From: a virus
Taxonomy: Duplodnaviria; Caudoviricetes
Virus record (IMG/VR): IMGVR_UViG_3300042883_000146
Coordinates: 1-62,045 of that record
Reading direction: 5' to 3' (one strand)
DNA length: 62,045 nt
A model generated the notes under the pieces. The model searched no databases. It saw only the letters and a list, made by a program, of their open reading frames with translations, and was not told the DNA's origin. Position numbers and translations under genes: made by a program. Shown here in pieces: positions 8,741 to 19,400 of this stretch (the stretch's first letter is position 1; each line of letters begins with the position of its first letter).

Positions 8741-10405
8741 TTAGCAATTGAGTGTTGTGTCTGCTCCTATCACTCCTGTTGCAGGATTTAAGTCATAAAT
8801 ATCTGGAGGACCTGATGATCTAACTACATAATTATATCCTGTTACAGGAACTGCAAAACCAGTATCATAATATATACTATCACCAGTGGTTAACAATACA
8901 CTACTAGAATAAACTATTGCAATACCTCCTGTACAAATTGTTGCTGTAGAATTATCTAGTAATACAGAATAACTATACACTCCTGGAGGAAGAGGAGTGG
9001 TTGTTGTTGTTGTGGTTGTTGGAGGAAACAATGTTGTTGTAGTTGTAGTTGTACATTCAGCTAAAGGAAATGAAATACAATCATTGGATGTTCCTTCATA
9101 AACAACACTTTCACCTGATGTACCACTTGTTCCACTAGTACCAGTCGTTCCACTAGTTCCTGTGGTGCCACTTGTTCCAGAAGATCCTGTAGTTCCAGAT
9201 GTTCCACTACTTCCAGAAGATCCTGTGGTGCCAGAGGTACCTGATGTACCATCTATTGCAGAGGTTCCACTTGTTCCTGTAGTGCCAGAGGTTCCACTAG
9301 TACCTGATGTACCTGTAGTACCAGATGTTCCAGTGGTACCAGATGTACCATTTGTACCATCTCCACCAGAAGCACCATCAAGATTTACATACCATATAGG
9401 GAAACTTCCTGATCCAACAGTTTTTGTAGGAGCACCAAATATTAATATTCCTGTTAAAGGATCATAAGATATCACTTCACATTCTTGGAAGTTATTAGCA
9501 TCTCCTGCTATAATTATAGATTGTGCTACTGAGTAAGACAAATCTAAATCCACTGTTAATGTTCCTGCGTTACCTAAAACAAAACTTGTTACAGAAGTGG
9601 TAGCATATCTATCTCCTTGTATTCCTGAGCTTCCTGATGTACCAGATGTAGCAGACGATCCACTTGTTCCAGTGGTGCCTGATGTAGCAGATGTACCACT
9701 TGTACCTGATGTAGCAGAAGAACCACTAGAACCTGATGTTCCACTAGTACCAGAGGTAGCAGAGGTTCCAGAGGTGCCTGTTGTACCACTTGTTCCTGTA
9801 GTACCACTTGTTCCACTAGTTCCATCTATACCACTTGTACCAGAGGTTCCACTTGTACCACTAGTTCCACTAGTGCCTGTTGTTCCAGAAGTACCTGTAG
9901 TTCCACTAGTTCCACTACTACCACTAGTTCCACTTGTTCCACTTGTTCCTGTGGTTCCTGAAGTTCCTGTAGTACCAGATGTTCCTGTTGTGCCTGAAGT
10001 TCCACTAGTTCCTGTTGTACCTGAAGTACCTGTTGTGCCACTTGTACCTGTTGTACCTGAAGTTCCTGTTGTACCACTTGTACCAGATGTACCTGATGTT
10101 CCTCTTGTACCTGATGTGCCACTCGTTCCTGTAGTTCCACTAGTGCCACTAGTTCCTGTGGTACCACTAGTACCTGTGGTTCCACTAGTACCTGTGGTTC
10201 CTGAACTACCAGACGTACCTGAAGTACCAGAAGTTCCACTAGTACCAACAGCAATATTTCCAATAGCCTCATCAATTTTTTCAAGAGCTAATTGAATATC
10301 ATCATTAGTATTAATTCCTGTATATACTAAATTAGCTCCTTCGTAATGTACACAAAGAGCATTTAATATGACAGGACAAGGCGTGGCTTGACAAAGTACA
10401 TTCAT
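8741..10405 (-). CDS. Collagen-like (Gly-Thr-Ser)n fibre protein with Cys-rich N-terminal module and poly-Thr linker
   Basis: About 100 Gly-X-Y triplets with X/Y almost all Thr/Ser; CTTTTTTTLFPPTTTTTTTTP; small globular domains. Confidence 0.8.
   Translation of the reverse strand: MNVLCQATPCPVILNALCVHYEGANLVYTGINTNDDIQLALEKIDEAIGNIAVGTSGTSGTSGTSGSSGTTGTSGTTGTSGTTGTSGTSGTTGTSGTSGTRGTSGTSGTSGTTGTSGTTGTSGTTGTSGTTGTSGTSGTTGTSGTTGTSGTTGTSGTSGTSGSSGTSGTTGTSGTTGTSGTSGTSGTSGTSGIDGTSGTSGTTGTSGTTGTSGTSATSGTSGTSGSSGSSATSGTSGTSATSGTTGTSGSSATSGTSGSSGIQGDRYATTSVTSFVLGNAGTLTVDLDLSYSVAQSIIIAGDANNFQECEVISYDPLTGILIFGAPTKTVGSGSFPIWYVNLDGASGGDGTNGTSGTTGTSGTTGTSGTSGTSGTTGTSGTSAIDGTSGTSGTTGSSGSSGTSGTTGSSGTSGTTGTSGTTGTSGTSGTSGESVVYEGTSNDCISFPLAECTTTTTTTLFPPTTTTTTTTPLPPGVYSYSVLLDNSTATICTGGIAIVYSSSVLLTTGDSIYYDTGFAVPVTGYNYVVRSSGPPDIYDLNPATGVIGADTTLNC
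9113..10246 (-). repeat. Long Gly-X-Y (GTS/GTT/GSS) coding repeats: about 69 triplets at 9623-10246 and about 29 at 9113-9376
   Basis: Degenerate 9-nt tandem periodicity visible directly (e.g. gttccacta/gtaccagat on +). Confidence 0.92.
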
Positions 10406-10426
10406 TTTATAAAGTTTTTATATTAA

Positions 10427-10714
10427 CTAAAGAGCAACCCAATCAGCAGCACCACTGCCTATAGATTTAGCATAGTATAATGCAGGAGCTGCTGTATTTA
10501 CATATAGTTGACCGATGTAAACAGCACTGTTTGTAGGAGCTATTATTCCTGTTATAGGAACAAGATTGTTATTGATTTTAATAATTGCTGTCTCAACAGA
10601 ATCTAATGGTTCAATATCTGTATTAACAAGATATTCTCCATTATAAAGGATACATAGAGCATTCTCGTATGTAGCACATGTAGGACATATAGCAGCAGTT
10701 CTCATAATATGCAA
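10427..10714 (-). CDS. Small structural protein with the shared Cys-rich fibre module; probable start at 10705
   Basis: CPTCATYENALCILYNG...DSVETAIIKINN resembles the N-termini of 8741..10405, 45164..46081 and 46091..47170. Confidence 0.7.
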   Translation of the reverse strand: MHIMRTAAICPTCATYENALCILYNGEYLVNTDIEPLDSVETAIIKINNNLVPITGIIAPTNSAVYIGQLYVNTAAPALYYAKSIGSGAADWVAL

Positions 10715-10719
10715 ATTTA
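10712..10719 (-). promoter_or_regulatory. Bacteroidota-type -7 element TAAATTTG ahead of the fibre cluster
   Basis: Matches TAnnTTTG at the intergenic boundary. Confidence 0.45.
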
Positions 10720-10773
10720 TTTATTTTAAATGTATAATTGATTGTTTATATGTATATAGTTGACATAATATAG

Positions 10774-13700
10774 CTATCGTATACCATATTGTGATTGCAT
10801 TTTTATTCCTAAGTCTTTTGCAAGATTTGGATAGAACATAGGAAGAAGACTTGCAAATTGATTAGTAACTGGAAAAGATCTTAGCCAATACTTAATGACA
10901 AAGTTTTTATCTTCTAATTCTTGATTACCTGTAGCTATAGCATAGTTTTCTGTCATAAATTTTGTAACCATATTTTTATAGTTATCAACTAAACCTAAAG
11001 AAGGAAATATACCACTGGATATTAATCCAGTTAAATTAGTTGGATTATAAAAATATCCAAGTTCATCTTTAAATTTATCTACAGCCTTTAGTGCAAATTT
11101 ATATTGGTTCTTAACAATAGGATCATCATCATCATCTGGAAGAGCTTTTAAACCTAGAGCTAAAGCAAACAAAGAAGCATAAACTAATGCATCTAATAAT
11201 TGATTTTTAATGTTCTGTCTAACAAGATCCATAAATTCACTTTCAGTCATCTCAAGAACTTTACCTGTATCATTTTCATAATCAGCTTTTTTCTTTTCAA
11301 ATAATTCTCTCATATATTCCACCCCTTTGTCATTAGCCATAAGAGAATTACTTAGTCTACCTAAACTTTTTAATAAATCTTCAGATATGATTCTAAAAAC
11401 CATTCTTGATCTTCCCCATTCATATGCATCTGAAGCAGCATTGTATTTCAAATTACCCATACGAACATCAATCAAACGAGGTATCCAATTCTTGAATACC
11501 ATGAAAGAGTTTCCATATATGGTCATATTAATAAGTCTTTTGTTTTCTTCTGTTAAAGATCCTAGTGCATCACTAGTAAATTGTTGAATCTTTCTTCTTG
11601 TTTCAATAACACTATCAGACTTTTGTTCAACTTCAGGAATAACAAACTGACCATCCTTAACTTCTCCTAGCTTTAACACTCCTTGTTTTTCTACAAGATC
11701 TTTAACATCCTTTTCAAACTTTTCTGCTCTTGCATCTCTTTCACTTTGAGTACCTGCATAAAAATCTTTATACTCAGGGGTACTTTTAAGATATTGTCTA
11801 GCGTTAACTACTTCACCGTTTACTACAGCAGAATTTCTTATATAAGCAAAGAAGTTAGTCACTTGTACTGACTTCTCTCCTTCTCTCATTAGTACCATTA
11901 AATAGTCTTGAATAGCTTGATCATCCACCTTGTTTAAAGATAGTTTTCTAGCTGCATCTCTATTGTAATTTTCTGTAAAAGGAATAAAGTAATCTAATGC
12001 TGCAAGCATTTTTAACTTGTCTTCTGCTCCACTCATCTTATTAGCACCAAGCCACATCTCTGCAGAAATGTAATCTGTTTTTGTAAAATACACTCCTGCA
12101 TTAATTAATGACTGAGTCTTACCTCCAAACAAGTTAGATGCAGAAGATAGAACGTTTAATCCTAAAGCAGTCACTTGAAAAGTATTATTCATCTGAGTGA
12201 TGATTTTATTAATACTTATCTGTCTATTCTCTAAGTTTTCAGGTAGTAGTTTAAATCCTAATTTATTATTAATAGTTGATCCAAACTTACCAAACTTACC
12301 TAAGAGTTGATCGAAAGATTCACTCTCAATATATTTCTGTTGATAGATAATGGCTTTAACCATATTTTCTATCAGTTTTGTGTTCTCACTATTATCAGGA
12401 TTATATTGAAGCACTCCATCTTTATATTCAGTTTTACCAAACATAGATGTAGCAATAGCTTTTTTATTCTTCTCTAGTCTTATTAGAGCTCTACCTTGTT
12501 CTTCAATTTCTGATAAATACTTAAATTTAATAGCAAACTCATTATAGAGGGCCATAGTTTTAAATAAATCTGTAGATGCCTGATCTACATCTTCTAAAGC
12601 TGTAGTGAAGTATGTAGGAATAACATCAACAGGTTTACCTGTAAGAGGATCAATCTTTCCATAACCTATATCAGATTCATCTAAAGATATATTTTGTAAG
12701 AACTGTTCTCCTAAAGAAACCTTACCTCCAAATATTAACTTTTCAGATAGTCCTTTTCTTACCCAGGGTAAGAATGTTCTTGCTTGTCTAGCATTAATGT
12801 ATCCTATAGATTTATAATATTCATTTCTTTCTTTAATATAGTCATAGAATTTTAGAGCAGGAGCATTTTCAGGTTTATGAAGTTCTTTCCATTCGTTAGA
12901 CTCCCATTTATTTCTATTAGGAAATTTATTAATTTCATCATATAATAACCAACCTAAAGATTCTGGAGTGGATATATTATAAAGATCACTTGCTTTTTGT
13001 TTTTCTATTTTAATATCTCTATCATTCTTTTCTTGAGTATCCACTCTAGGTTTATTTTCTATTCTTTCAAACTCTTCTGCTTTCTTTTTTTCTAAATGTT
13101 CTTTATAAGCTTGTTGATCTACATTGTCTCTAATCCATGCAAAGTCTCTAGAGTCTTTGTTTATTGCAGACTTTAGTTCTTTATAAAACTCAGGATTAAA
13201 TTCATCTATGAGTTCATTTTTATTTTTCTTTTTAATAATATCAAACATGTTCTTAGCTGACAATCCTTTAGATGTAGCCCATTTTTGATATTCATCTTTT
13301 AATTCTGTAAGTTTTTTAACTTCTGTAAACGTATCCATTCCAGAAAAAGCAAAAGCTTTGTTAGCTTTTTTAAATAAAGTTTCTAATCCTTTAAGTTGAA
13401 TAGTAGCAGTGTTACCTAGAAACTTAGTTATACCTCTAACAATTTTTTCAGGAGAAGAAAGATTATTTATATTTTCACTTCCCCCAATAATATCATTAGT
13501 AAATTCTTTATCAACTTTTTTTAATTGTTCTTTAAATTTTCTAGCTTCATTTGCAGATTTTCTTAAATCTTTTTCCAACTGTGAATCTTCTTCAGTTAAT
13601 TCTTTACCTTCAAATAAAAAATCAAGCTGAGTATCTAAATCAATATAAGTTTCTAAAGATTCTAAGGATGTACCAAGGCTTTGTGCAAAATCAGAAATTT

Positions 13701-16485
13701 GATTTTGATCAAATGACTTAGCATCCTTACCTTTGAATTGAGTTGTATATTTATTAATAATATCTGAAACTTGTTTATTTAATATCTTAGCTTGATAAAT
13801 TAATGGAGCAATATTCTGCTTCATTTGTAATTGTCTAATTGCAGAAAATAAAGCATTTAACTGTTCAGCTTTAGATTGTTTTTCTTCTGATAACACTTTT
13901 GTTTCAGAAAGTTTTTTATAAATGGCATTAAGTTTTTCTAATAAAGTATCAATCTCCTCAACATTTGTTTTTTCAGCTTCTAACCCTACAGGAATTAAAA
14001 AATCTTCTTGAATATTTTTAACATTAACATCTCCTATTCTTACATCAAGTAATTTTGGAAGTATGTTCTTTTTAGCATTAGCCTTAGAATACACTGCTTT
14101 AATAGGAATCATTCTTGTCTGTTCAAAATTCTCATTTTTAACATTATAAGCATTATTTATAATATACTTATATTGTTCCATTTGAGTATTCCAAGCATTC
14201 ACTTTATACCAAGGAATATCAGTGTATTTATCAATATCAAGATCCATAAACTTCCAATCAAGGATGTTCACTTTACCTTCAGGAGTGATAGCCATAAAAT
14301 CTATTGTACCAGCAATATCTCTTTTAGCATCATATATAGTTGTTTCAGAAAGAAATTTTGTACCAACAGGAAAAGATCTTAATCTATCTAATAGATTATC
14401 TCTAAGTGTAATGTACATATCATTATCATCTTTATTAAGAAGAGATGTGTAATCATCATTTTTTATAGCTTCATTTATTTCTGCAGGACTTTTTAATAGT
14501 CCATCTGAGTTTACAAACAAATCAAAAGCATACTCAAGATCAGCATGTCCTGCAGTTCCTTTTTCAGCTTTTAAATCATCTACAGCAGTTTGAAATTCTG
14601 ACTTAGTTAAATCTTTGTTTTTAAATCTTCTTTCATACCAATCTTCTACAAGATCGCTAACACGTCTACCTATCTTTTTACCATTAAACGCATATCCTCC
14701 CTGATTAGGTAGTTTTGTGATTTTAGAATTAACAGCTTTAATGTTATCAATAATTTGATCTTGTTTACTTTGACCAGCTTGTTGTAAGAACACTCCATCC
14801 TCTACAATGTCTTCAGCTGTACCAATATCTTTACCAGAAAGAATATCCATAGCAACTTGATCAAATCCACTTGTAGCAAATAGTCCTTTAAAATATTCTA
14901 ATATTTGTTTCCACCAAGATTGTACATTCTCTAACAACTCAGGTTTTTCTGTGGAACCTTCTGATTTATTAATTACCACTTCAGCTAACACTTTACCTAT
15001 AGCTTCTTCTTTAAGCTTTATAACATCAGGTTTACCATCTTTTCCTTTATAATTAGCATTGGTAGAATATTCTATAAATACATCTTTAAGAATTCTGTAT
15101 TTATTAATCTCACCCATTAACTTTTTATACAAAGCTGGGTTTGTTTGTTTAATTATTGATACAGCAAAGTGCATAGCTTCTTCTGGAAGAGCTGTAGCTT
15201 CTTTACCTTCTACCACTTGTACTAATTTTTGAGTAAGATTAGCAACAGCATTAGCATCTAGCTTAACACCATCAACAACCACTTGCTTTACACCTTTTAC
15301 ATCTACACCAATACGTTTTAAGAAATCATTAACAATAGCAATAGTTTTAGGAGATGCAGTTGAAGATACAGTGGTTCCTTCTAGTTGAAATAATGTTAAT
15401 TGGTTTCCAGGTTTAGCAACAAAGTTTTTAAATCCTTTTATATCCTTTTCATTTCCTAATATGTGAATTTGTTCTGGTTCAAATACTGCAAGTTCATCTC
15501 CTAATACACTTTCTTTTTCAAAATAACTATCAGCATTAGGATAATTATCTTTATAAAATTGCTCACCCTCTTCTAGTTGAATAGGATTCCGCATATTCAA
15601 TAAATTAGCTATTACTTTACCATAATCTTTAGCTTGATTATAAGATGTAGTAAAATGAACAGCTCCATACTCTCCAGTATTATATTTTTCAAAAGTATCT
15701 CCTTTAATACCATGATAAACAATATCCTTTACTTTACTATCAGGAAATATACTATCTAAGTATTGAGAATATTGTTCAGGTGTTCCTATAGATGCTAACT
15801 CTGGATTAGAATTAAAGAGTTCTTCCACTCCAGATTTTTGTCTTATGTTACTCATCCTACGAAGAGCTTCCTGGTTTATTCTATCTTCATACTGCCCAAC
15901 AGATTCTCCACTGTTTTTAAAAATGTACTCATGAGCCTTTTCATGAAGAAGTGCAAAAGTTAAAAACTCATCTAATGTTTTAAACTCATTTTCTGATAAA
16001 GCTGTTGCCTGACTTCCATCAGATAAAACTGCAGGAGTTGTCCAAGCCTTATCTTTAAACTTTTGTGTAAATAGATCTTTTACAAATAAAAACTTTTCTC
16101 CTTTATTTACATTTCTAAATGCAACAGGCACTTCTCTTTCTGTAGGTATCTCAGCAACAAAATCAACTACAGTATTTTGAAAAGATTTATTTTTTTCAAG
16201 ATCATCTAAAGTGGTTAATTTATCTATAATTCCTCTATCTATAAACGGAGCTTTTTCTAACCTAAGTTCATGGTTGTAATAAACATTAACTAAAGAATCA
16301 GGAATCCTAATATCACGATCAATGAAATCACCATTCAAACTAAATGACACAACTGGTACACCATAATTTTGATTCACTTTCTTAGCAACAGCTTGAGCTC
16401 CTTCTATAGATAGATTGAATCCAGAGTCTGTATCTGCTGAAACTTTATTAGTAAGTTTTTCTTTTATTTCAATTTTACAAGGCAT
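10774..16485 (-). CDS. Large polyvalent virion cargo protein: zincin-like motifs, ADP-ribosyltransferase-like domain, PD-(D/E)XK nuclease-like domain, long helical C-terminus
   Basis: HEKAH (15931-15945); VYHG...VHFTT...ELAVFEPEQIHILG (ART-like); PEEAMH (15169-15183); E-x9-AGTIDF...ILDWK...QMEQY (nuclease-like); adjacent to the RNAP gene. Confidence 0.72.
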   Translation of the reverse strand: MPCKIEIKEKLTNKVSADTDSGFNLSIEGAQAVAKKVNQNYGVPVVSFSLNGDFIDRDIRIPDSLVNVYYNHELRLEKAPFIDRGIIDKLTTLDDLEKNKSFQNTVVDFVAEIPTEREVPVAFRNVNKGEKFLFVKDLFTQKFKDKAWTTPAVLSDGSQATALSENEFKTLDEFLTFALLHEKAHEYIFKNSGESVGQYEDRINQEALRRMSNIRQKSGVEELFNSNPELASIGTPEQYSQYLDSIFPDSKVKDIVYHGIKGDTFEKYNTGEYGAVHFTTSYNQAKDYGKVIANLLNMRNPIQLEEGEQFYKDNYPNADSYFEKESVLGDELAVFEPEQIHILGNEKDIKGFKNFVAKPGNQLTLFQLEGTTVSSTASPKTIAIVNDFLKRIGVDVKGVKQVVVDGVKLDANAVANLTQKLVQVVEGKEATALPEEAMHFAVSIIKQTNPALYKKLMGEINKYRILKDVFIEYSTNANYKGKDGKPDVIKLKEEAIGKVLAEVVINKSEGSTEKPELLENVQSWWKQILEYFKGLFATSGFDQVAMDILSGKDIGTAEDIVEDGVFLQQAGQSKQDQIIDNIKAVNSKITKLPNQGGYAFNGKKIGRRVSDLVEDWYERRFKNKDLTKSEFQTAVDDLKAEKGTAGHADLEYAFDLFVNSDGLLKSPAEINEAIKNDDYTSLLNKDDNDMYITLRDNLLDRLRSFPVGTKFLSETTIYDAKRDIAGTIDFMAITPEGKVNILDWKFMDLDIDKYTDIPWYKVNAWNTQMEQYKYIINNAYNVKNENFEQTRMIPIKAVYSKANAKKNILPKLLDVRIGDVNVKNIQEDFLIPVGLEAEKTNVEEIDTLLEKLNAIYKKLSETKVLSEEKQSKAEQLNALFSAIRQLQMKQNIAPLIYQAKILNKQVSDIINKYTTQFKGKDAKSFDQNQISDFAQSLGTSLESLETYIDLDTQLDFLFEGKELTEEDSQLEKDLRKSANEARKFKEQLKKVDKEFTNDIIGGSENINNLSSPEKIVRGITKFLGNTATIQLKGLETLFKKANKAFAFSGMDTFTEVKKLTELKDEYQKWATSKGLSAKNMFDIIKKKNKNELIDEFNPEFYKELKSAINKDSRDFAWIRDNVDQQAYKEHLEKKKAEEFERIENKPRVDTQEKNDRDIKIEKQKASDLYNISTPESLGWLLYDEINKFPNRNKWESNEWKELHKPENAPALKFYDYIKERNEYYKSIGYINARQARTFLPWVRKGLSEKLIFGGKVSLGEQFLQNISLDESDIGYGKIDPLTGKPVDVIPTYFTTALEDVDQASTDLFKTMALYNEFAIKFKYLSEIEEQGRALIRLEKNKKAIATSMFGKTEYKDGVLQYNPDNSENTKLIENMVKAIIYQQKYIESESFDQLLGKFGKFGSTINNKLGFKLLPENLENRQISINKIITQMNNTFQVTALGLNVLSSASNLFGGKTQSLINAGVYFTKTDYISAEMWLGANKMSGAEDKLKMLAALDYFIPFTENYNRDAARKLSLNKVDDQAIQDYLMVLMREGEKSVQVTNFFAYIRNSAVVNGEVVNARQYLKSTPEYKDFYAGTQSERDARAEKFEKDVKDLVEKQGVLKLGEVKDGQFVIPEVEQKSDSVIETRRKIQQFTSDALGSLTEENKRLINMTIYGNSFMVFKNWIPRLIDVRMGNLKYNAASDAYEWGRSRMVFRIISEDLLKSLGRLSNSLMANDKGVEYMRELFEKKKADYENDTGKVLEMTESEFMDLVRQNIKNQLLDALVYASLFALALGLKALPDDDDDPIVKNQYKFALKAVDKFKDELGYFYNPTNLTGLISSGIFPSLGLVDNYKNMVTKFMTENYAIATGNQELEDKNFVIKYWLRSFPVTNQFASLLPMFYPNLAKDLGIKMQSQYGIR

Positions 16486-16496
16486 AATATAATATA

Positions 16497-19400
16497 TTAT
16501 TTACAAGTTTCTGATGATCTATCAATTGGAGGAAGTCCTTCTGGAGCATTAATATCAGTGGATGGTTGTGTAGATGCTTCTGTTGGTAAAGGTACATCTT
16601 CCATTGTAATTTCCTCACCATAGTATTCAATTATATCTTCATTAGGAATAATTTGGTTCATTATAACTGTACCATTTTCTATTACAGAAGGTCTAAAATC
16701 TTCATAGAATTCAGAAGCTCTATCTCCATCTCCATATAAATTGATTAACTTATACACATGCTTAATATCTCCAGATTTATCTATAGTGGTGAGGGGAATA
16801 TTAGTGTTAGGATAATTAACTCTAGCATAGCCATATACATCTTTAAGAGAATAATCACCTTTTGCCTTTCTTAATGCATAATCAAGTTTAGTTACAGACA
16901 ATCCTGTTTTTATATCAATGCTGTCTCCAGTACCTTCATCTGTAATCACTCTAGGAACTTTAAGATAATTTTTTTGAGAAGCTATATAATCATACATTGT
17001 ACTAACAAGTAATATTTTTCTTTCAGTAGATTTAATGTTAAATGCTTCTAATTTAGGAAACATAGATGAGTAGTATAAATAAATATCTGCATAATGATTT
17101 CCAAAAGAATCTAACTGTACACTATTTGGAGTGGCTGCATCTCCTTTAAACCTAACACTTACATCCCTAAATCTTGGTTGGAATGTAGGCATTATGTCAT
17201 CATTCTTAAAATTATTAGCATGAAACATTCCTTCAGCAAATGCATCAAGATTTTCATCATTAGCTAAACTAATAATTACAGGTCGTACAATATCACTATA
17301 GTCTTCTATAGGAATAACATTCTTAATAGATATAGCAGATTGATAAGTTCCTTGTAGAATAGATACATAGATGAGATCTTTGTATAATTGATTTAACTCA
17401 TCATTGTAATCTCTAAGTTCTCTCATCATGCCTACATACATATTATTGTCATAAGCATCTTTAGTGTTAGCTATTAACTTTACACTTTTAGCACCATCAG
17501 GTCTATCTCCACTAACAACTTGTAGCTCTCTAAGTATTTGTATATCTGGATAAGCTTTCTTTGCTTTTTCCAGTCTCACTGCTACAGAAGTATTTGGATC
17601 TATTAATAGCTCTTTAATTCTACTATTAACTCCTATCTTAGTTTGAATAATATAATCTAAGAAATCTGCTTTCACCTTGTTAGATAATTTTTCAAAATCA
17701 TCTGCACTCATGAAAGGATTTTCTCCAAAAGGTTGTAATATTTTATTAGTGATGGCTCTAAAATCATCTTCTTCTAATTTAAATATAGCCCCCATTGATT
17801 GCATAGACTTACCTAAGAATTCTTTTTGTTTTCCAATAAAGGTGTTATCTAAGATGTTATCTACAGAATAGATGATGTTTGTGTTACTTGCAATTTCAGT
17901 GTTCCAAGTTTTTCTATCATATACACTACTATTATTAAAAGAAGAAGTGTCGTAGTTAGTTGCTTGTGTAAACTTAAATGCATACTCAGCCATCTTAGCA
18001 TATTTCAAGAACTCATTAAAAATTACTTCTTGTTCAGCATATTGTTCAGCATTAAGCATTTCATTTTTATTACTATAGTAATCTTTAATGTTTTGTTCAA
18101 GTTTAGTTATATCAAATGTAGTTCCAACAGATTCTTCTAGTTTTTCTCTTTCTCCACCAAATTGATTTTTAATCTTTTCAATGTTATTTGCACCAAATAA
18201 ATTCTTTTGTCCTGTACCATCTAACATCTTTAGATATTCAGAAATGATTGGTTGGTTTAAGAACATTGCAGCTTGTTCTCCTGAACCTATATTTTCTAAG
18301 AACATGAATGTTCCTACAACAAGATCACTCTGTACAACATCAGTGATGTATGGCTTATTAGCCACATCCACAAAGGCTGTAGCATATCCTGATAGTCTAT
18401 TGGATATAAGTTCCTTGCCATCTTTTACAGTGGTTCCTGAGAGAGATATATAAGGTTGACCATTCACCATAGTGGTGTTATGCTTTAGTTTAATAATTCC
18501 ATCTCCTAAAATCTTTTGATCTCTTAATGAAACATTTACAAATCTTGCAGGATCAATATACACTTGACTCTTTTGTTTTAAAGAAAGATTGGTGATGTTC
18601 ACTGCTGCAATACCCACCCATCTTTTAGCTGTAACAAATGCATGTCTCAACTTAGTCATGTAGTTCCTATCAAGAATTCTATTCTTTATAAGATTTTCAT
18701 CATATCCTCTAAGAGAGTTTAATTTTTCAGAAAGTTTTTCAAGTCCTGCGTCATTTACTGGAGATATTAAACGATCAAAGTTTTCTGGAAGAGTGATGAG
18801 TTTCTCTAAAGAATCATAGTATTCATTCTCTAAAGATTTTTTATACATGTCCTTTACATATTTTTCTTTATAGAAAGATTGTAAAGATGAATCCTGAAGA
18901 TCTTCTATTTCTTTTATTATAGATTCTTCTGTGTTTATATAATCTTCAGCTCCTGAAAGAAGTGTAGATATAAACTCTGAATATTTTTCAGAAAGATTTT
19001 TAGGATCTTTTAAATCATATATAGTAATCTGTAATGCTTCTAACAACTCAGATTTTTTAAATGCTTTATTTACTAAAGTGTCTTCAAATACTTTACCATA
19101 AAACTCTTTAGTATCTGCCTCAGAGTCTAAATACTTAACAAGTCTAACATTTCCAGTTCTATCTACATAAGTAGACTTTAAGTACATGTTCAACTTATCA
19201 ATATCAAAGTCACTTCCTGCTTTGGTTGTAATCTCAGAAGGTACCACTACTGTTGCTCCCATGTATTGTGGAAGAAATCCTTTCACTTTAAACACTTCCA
19301 CAGAACTTAATGCCTGTGTAGGAATACGAAATCCTATTCCTGTAAGAATAGCTTTTCCTTCTTTAGTTTCGTTTAAATATTTAAGAATAGCTTTATCATT

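Noticed and set aside
9113-10246. Possible CRISPR array or non-coding tandem repeat
   Set aside because: No constant repeat with unique spacers; variation is synonymous within an ORF
8326-10295. Plus-strand (VPLVPDVP...) and alternative-frame (ELVEQV...) ORFs over the GTS repeats
   Set aside because: Stop-free shadows created by the 9-nt coding repeat; the GTS frame is continuous with globular domains
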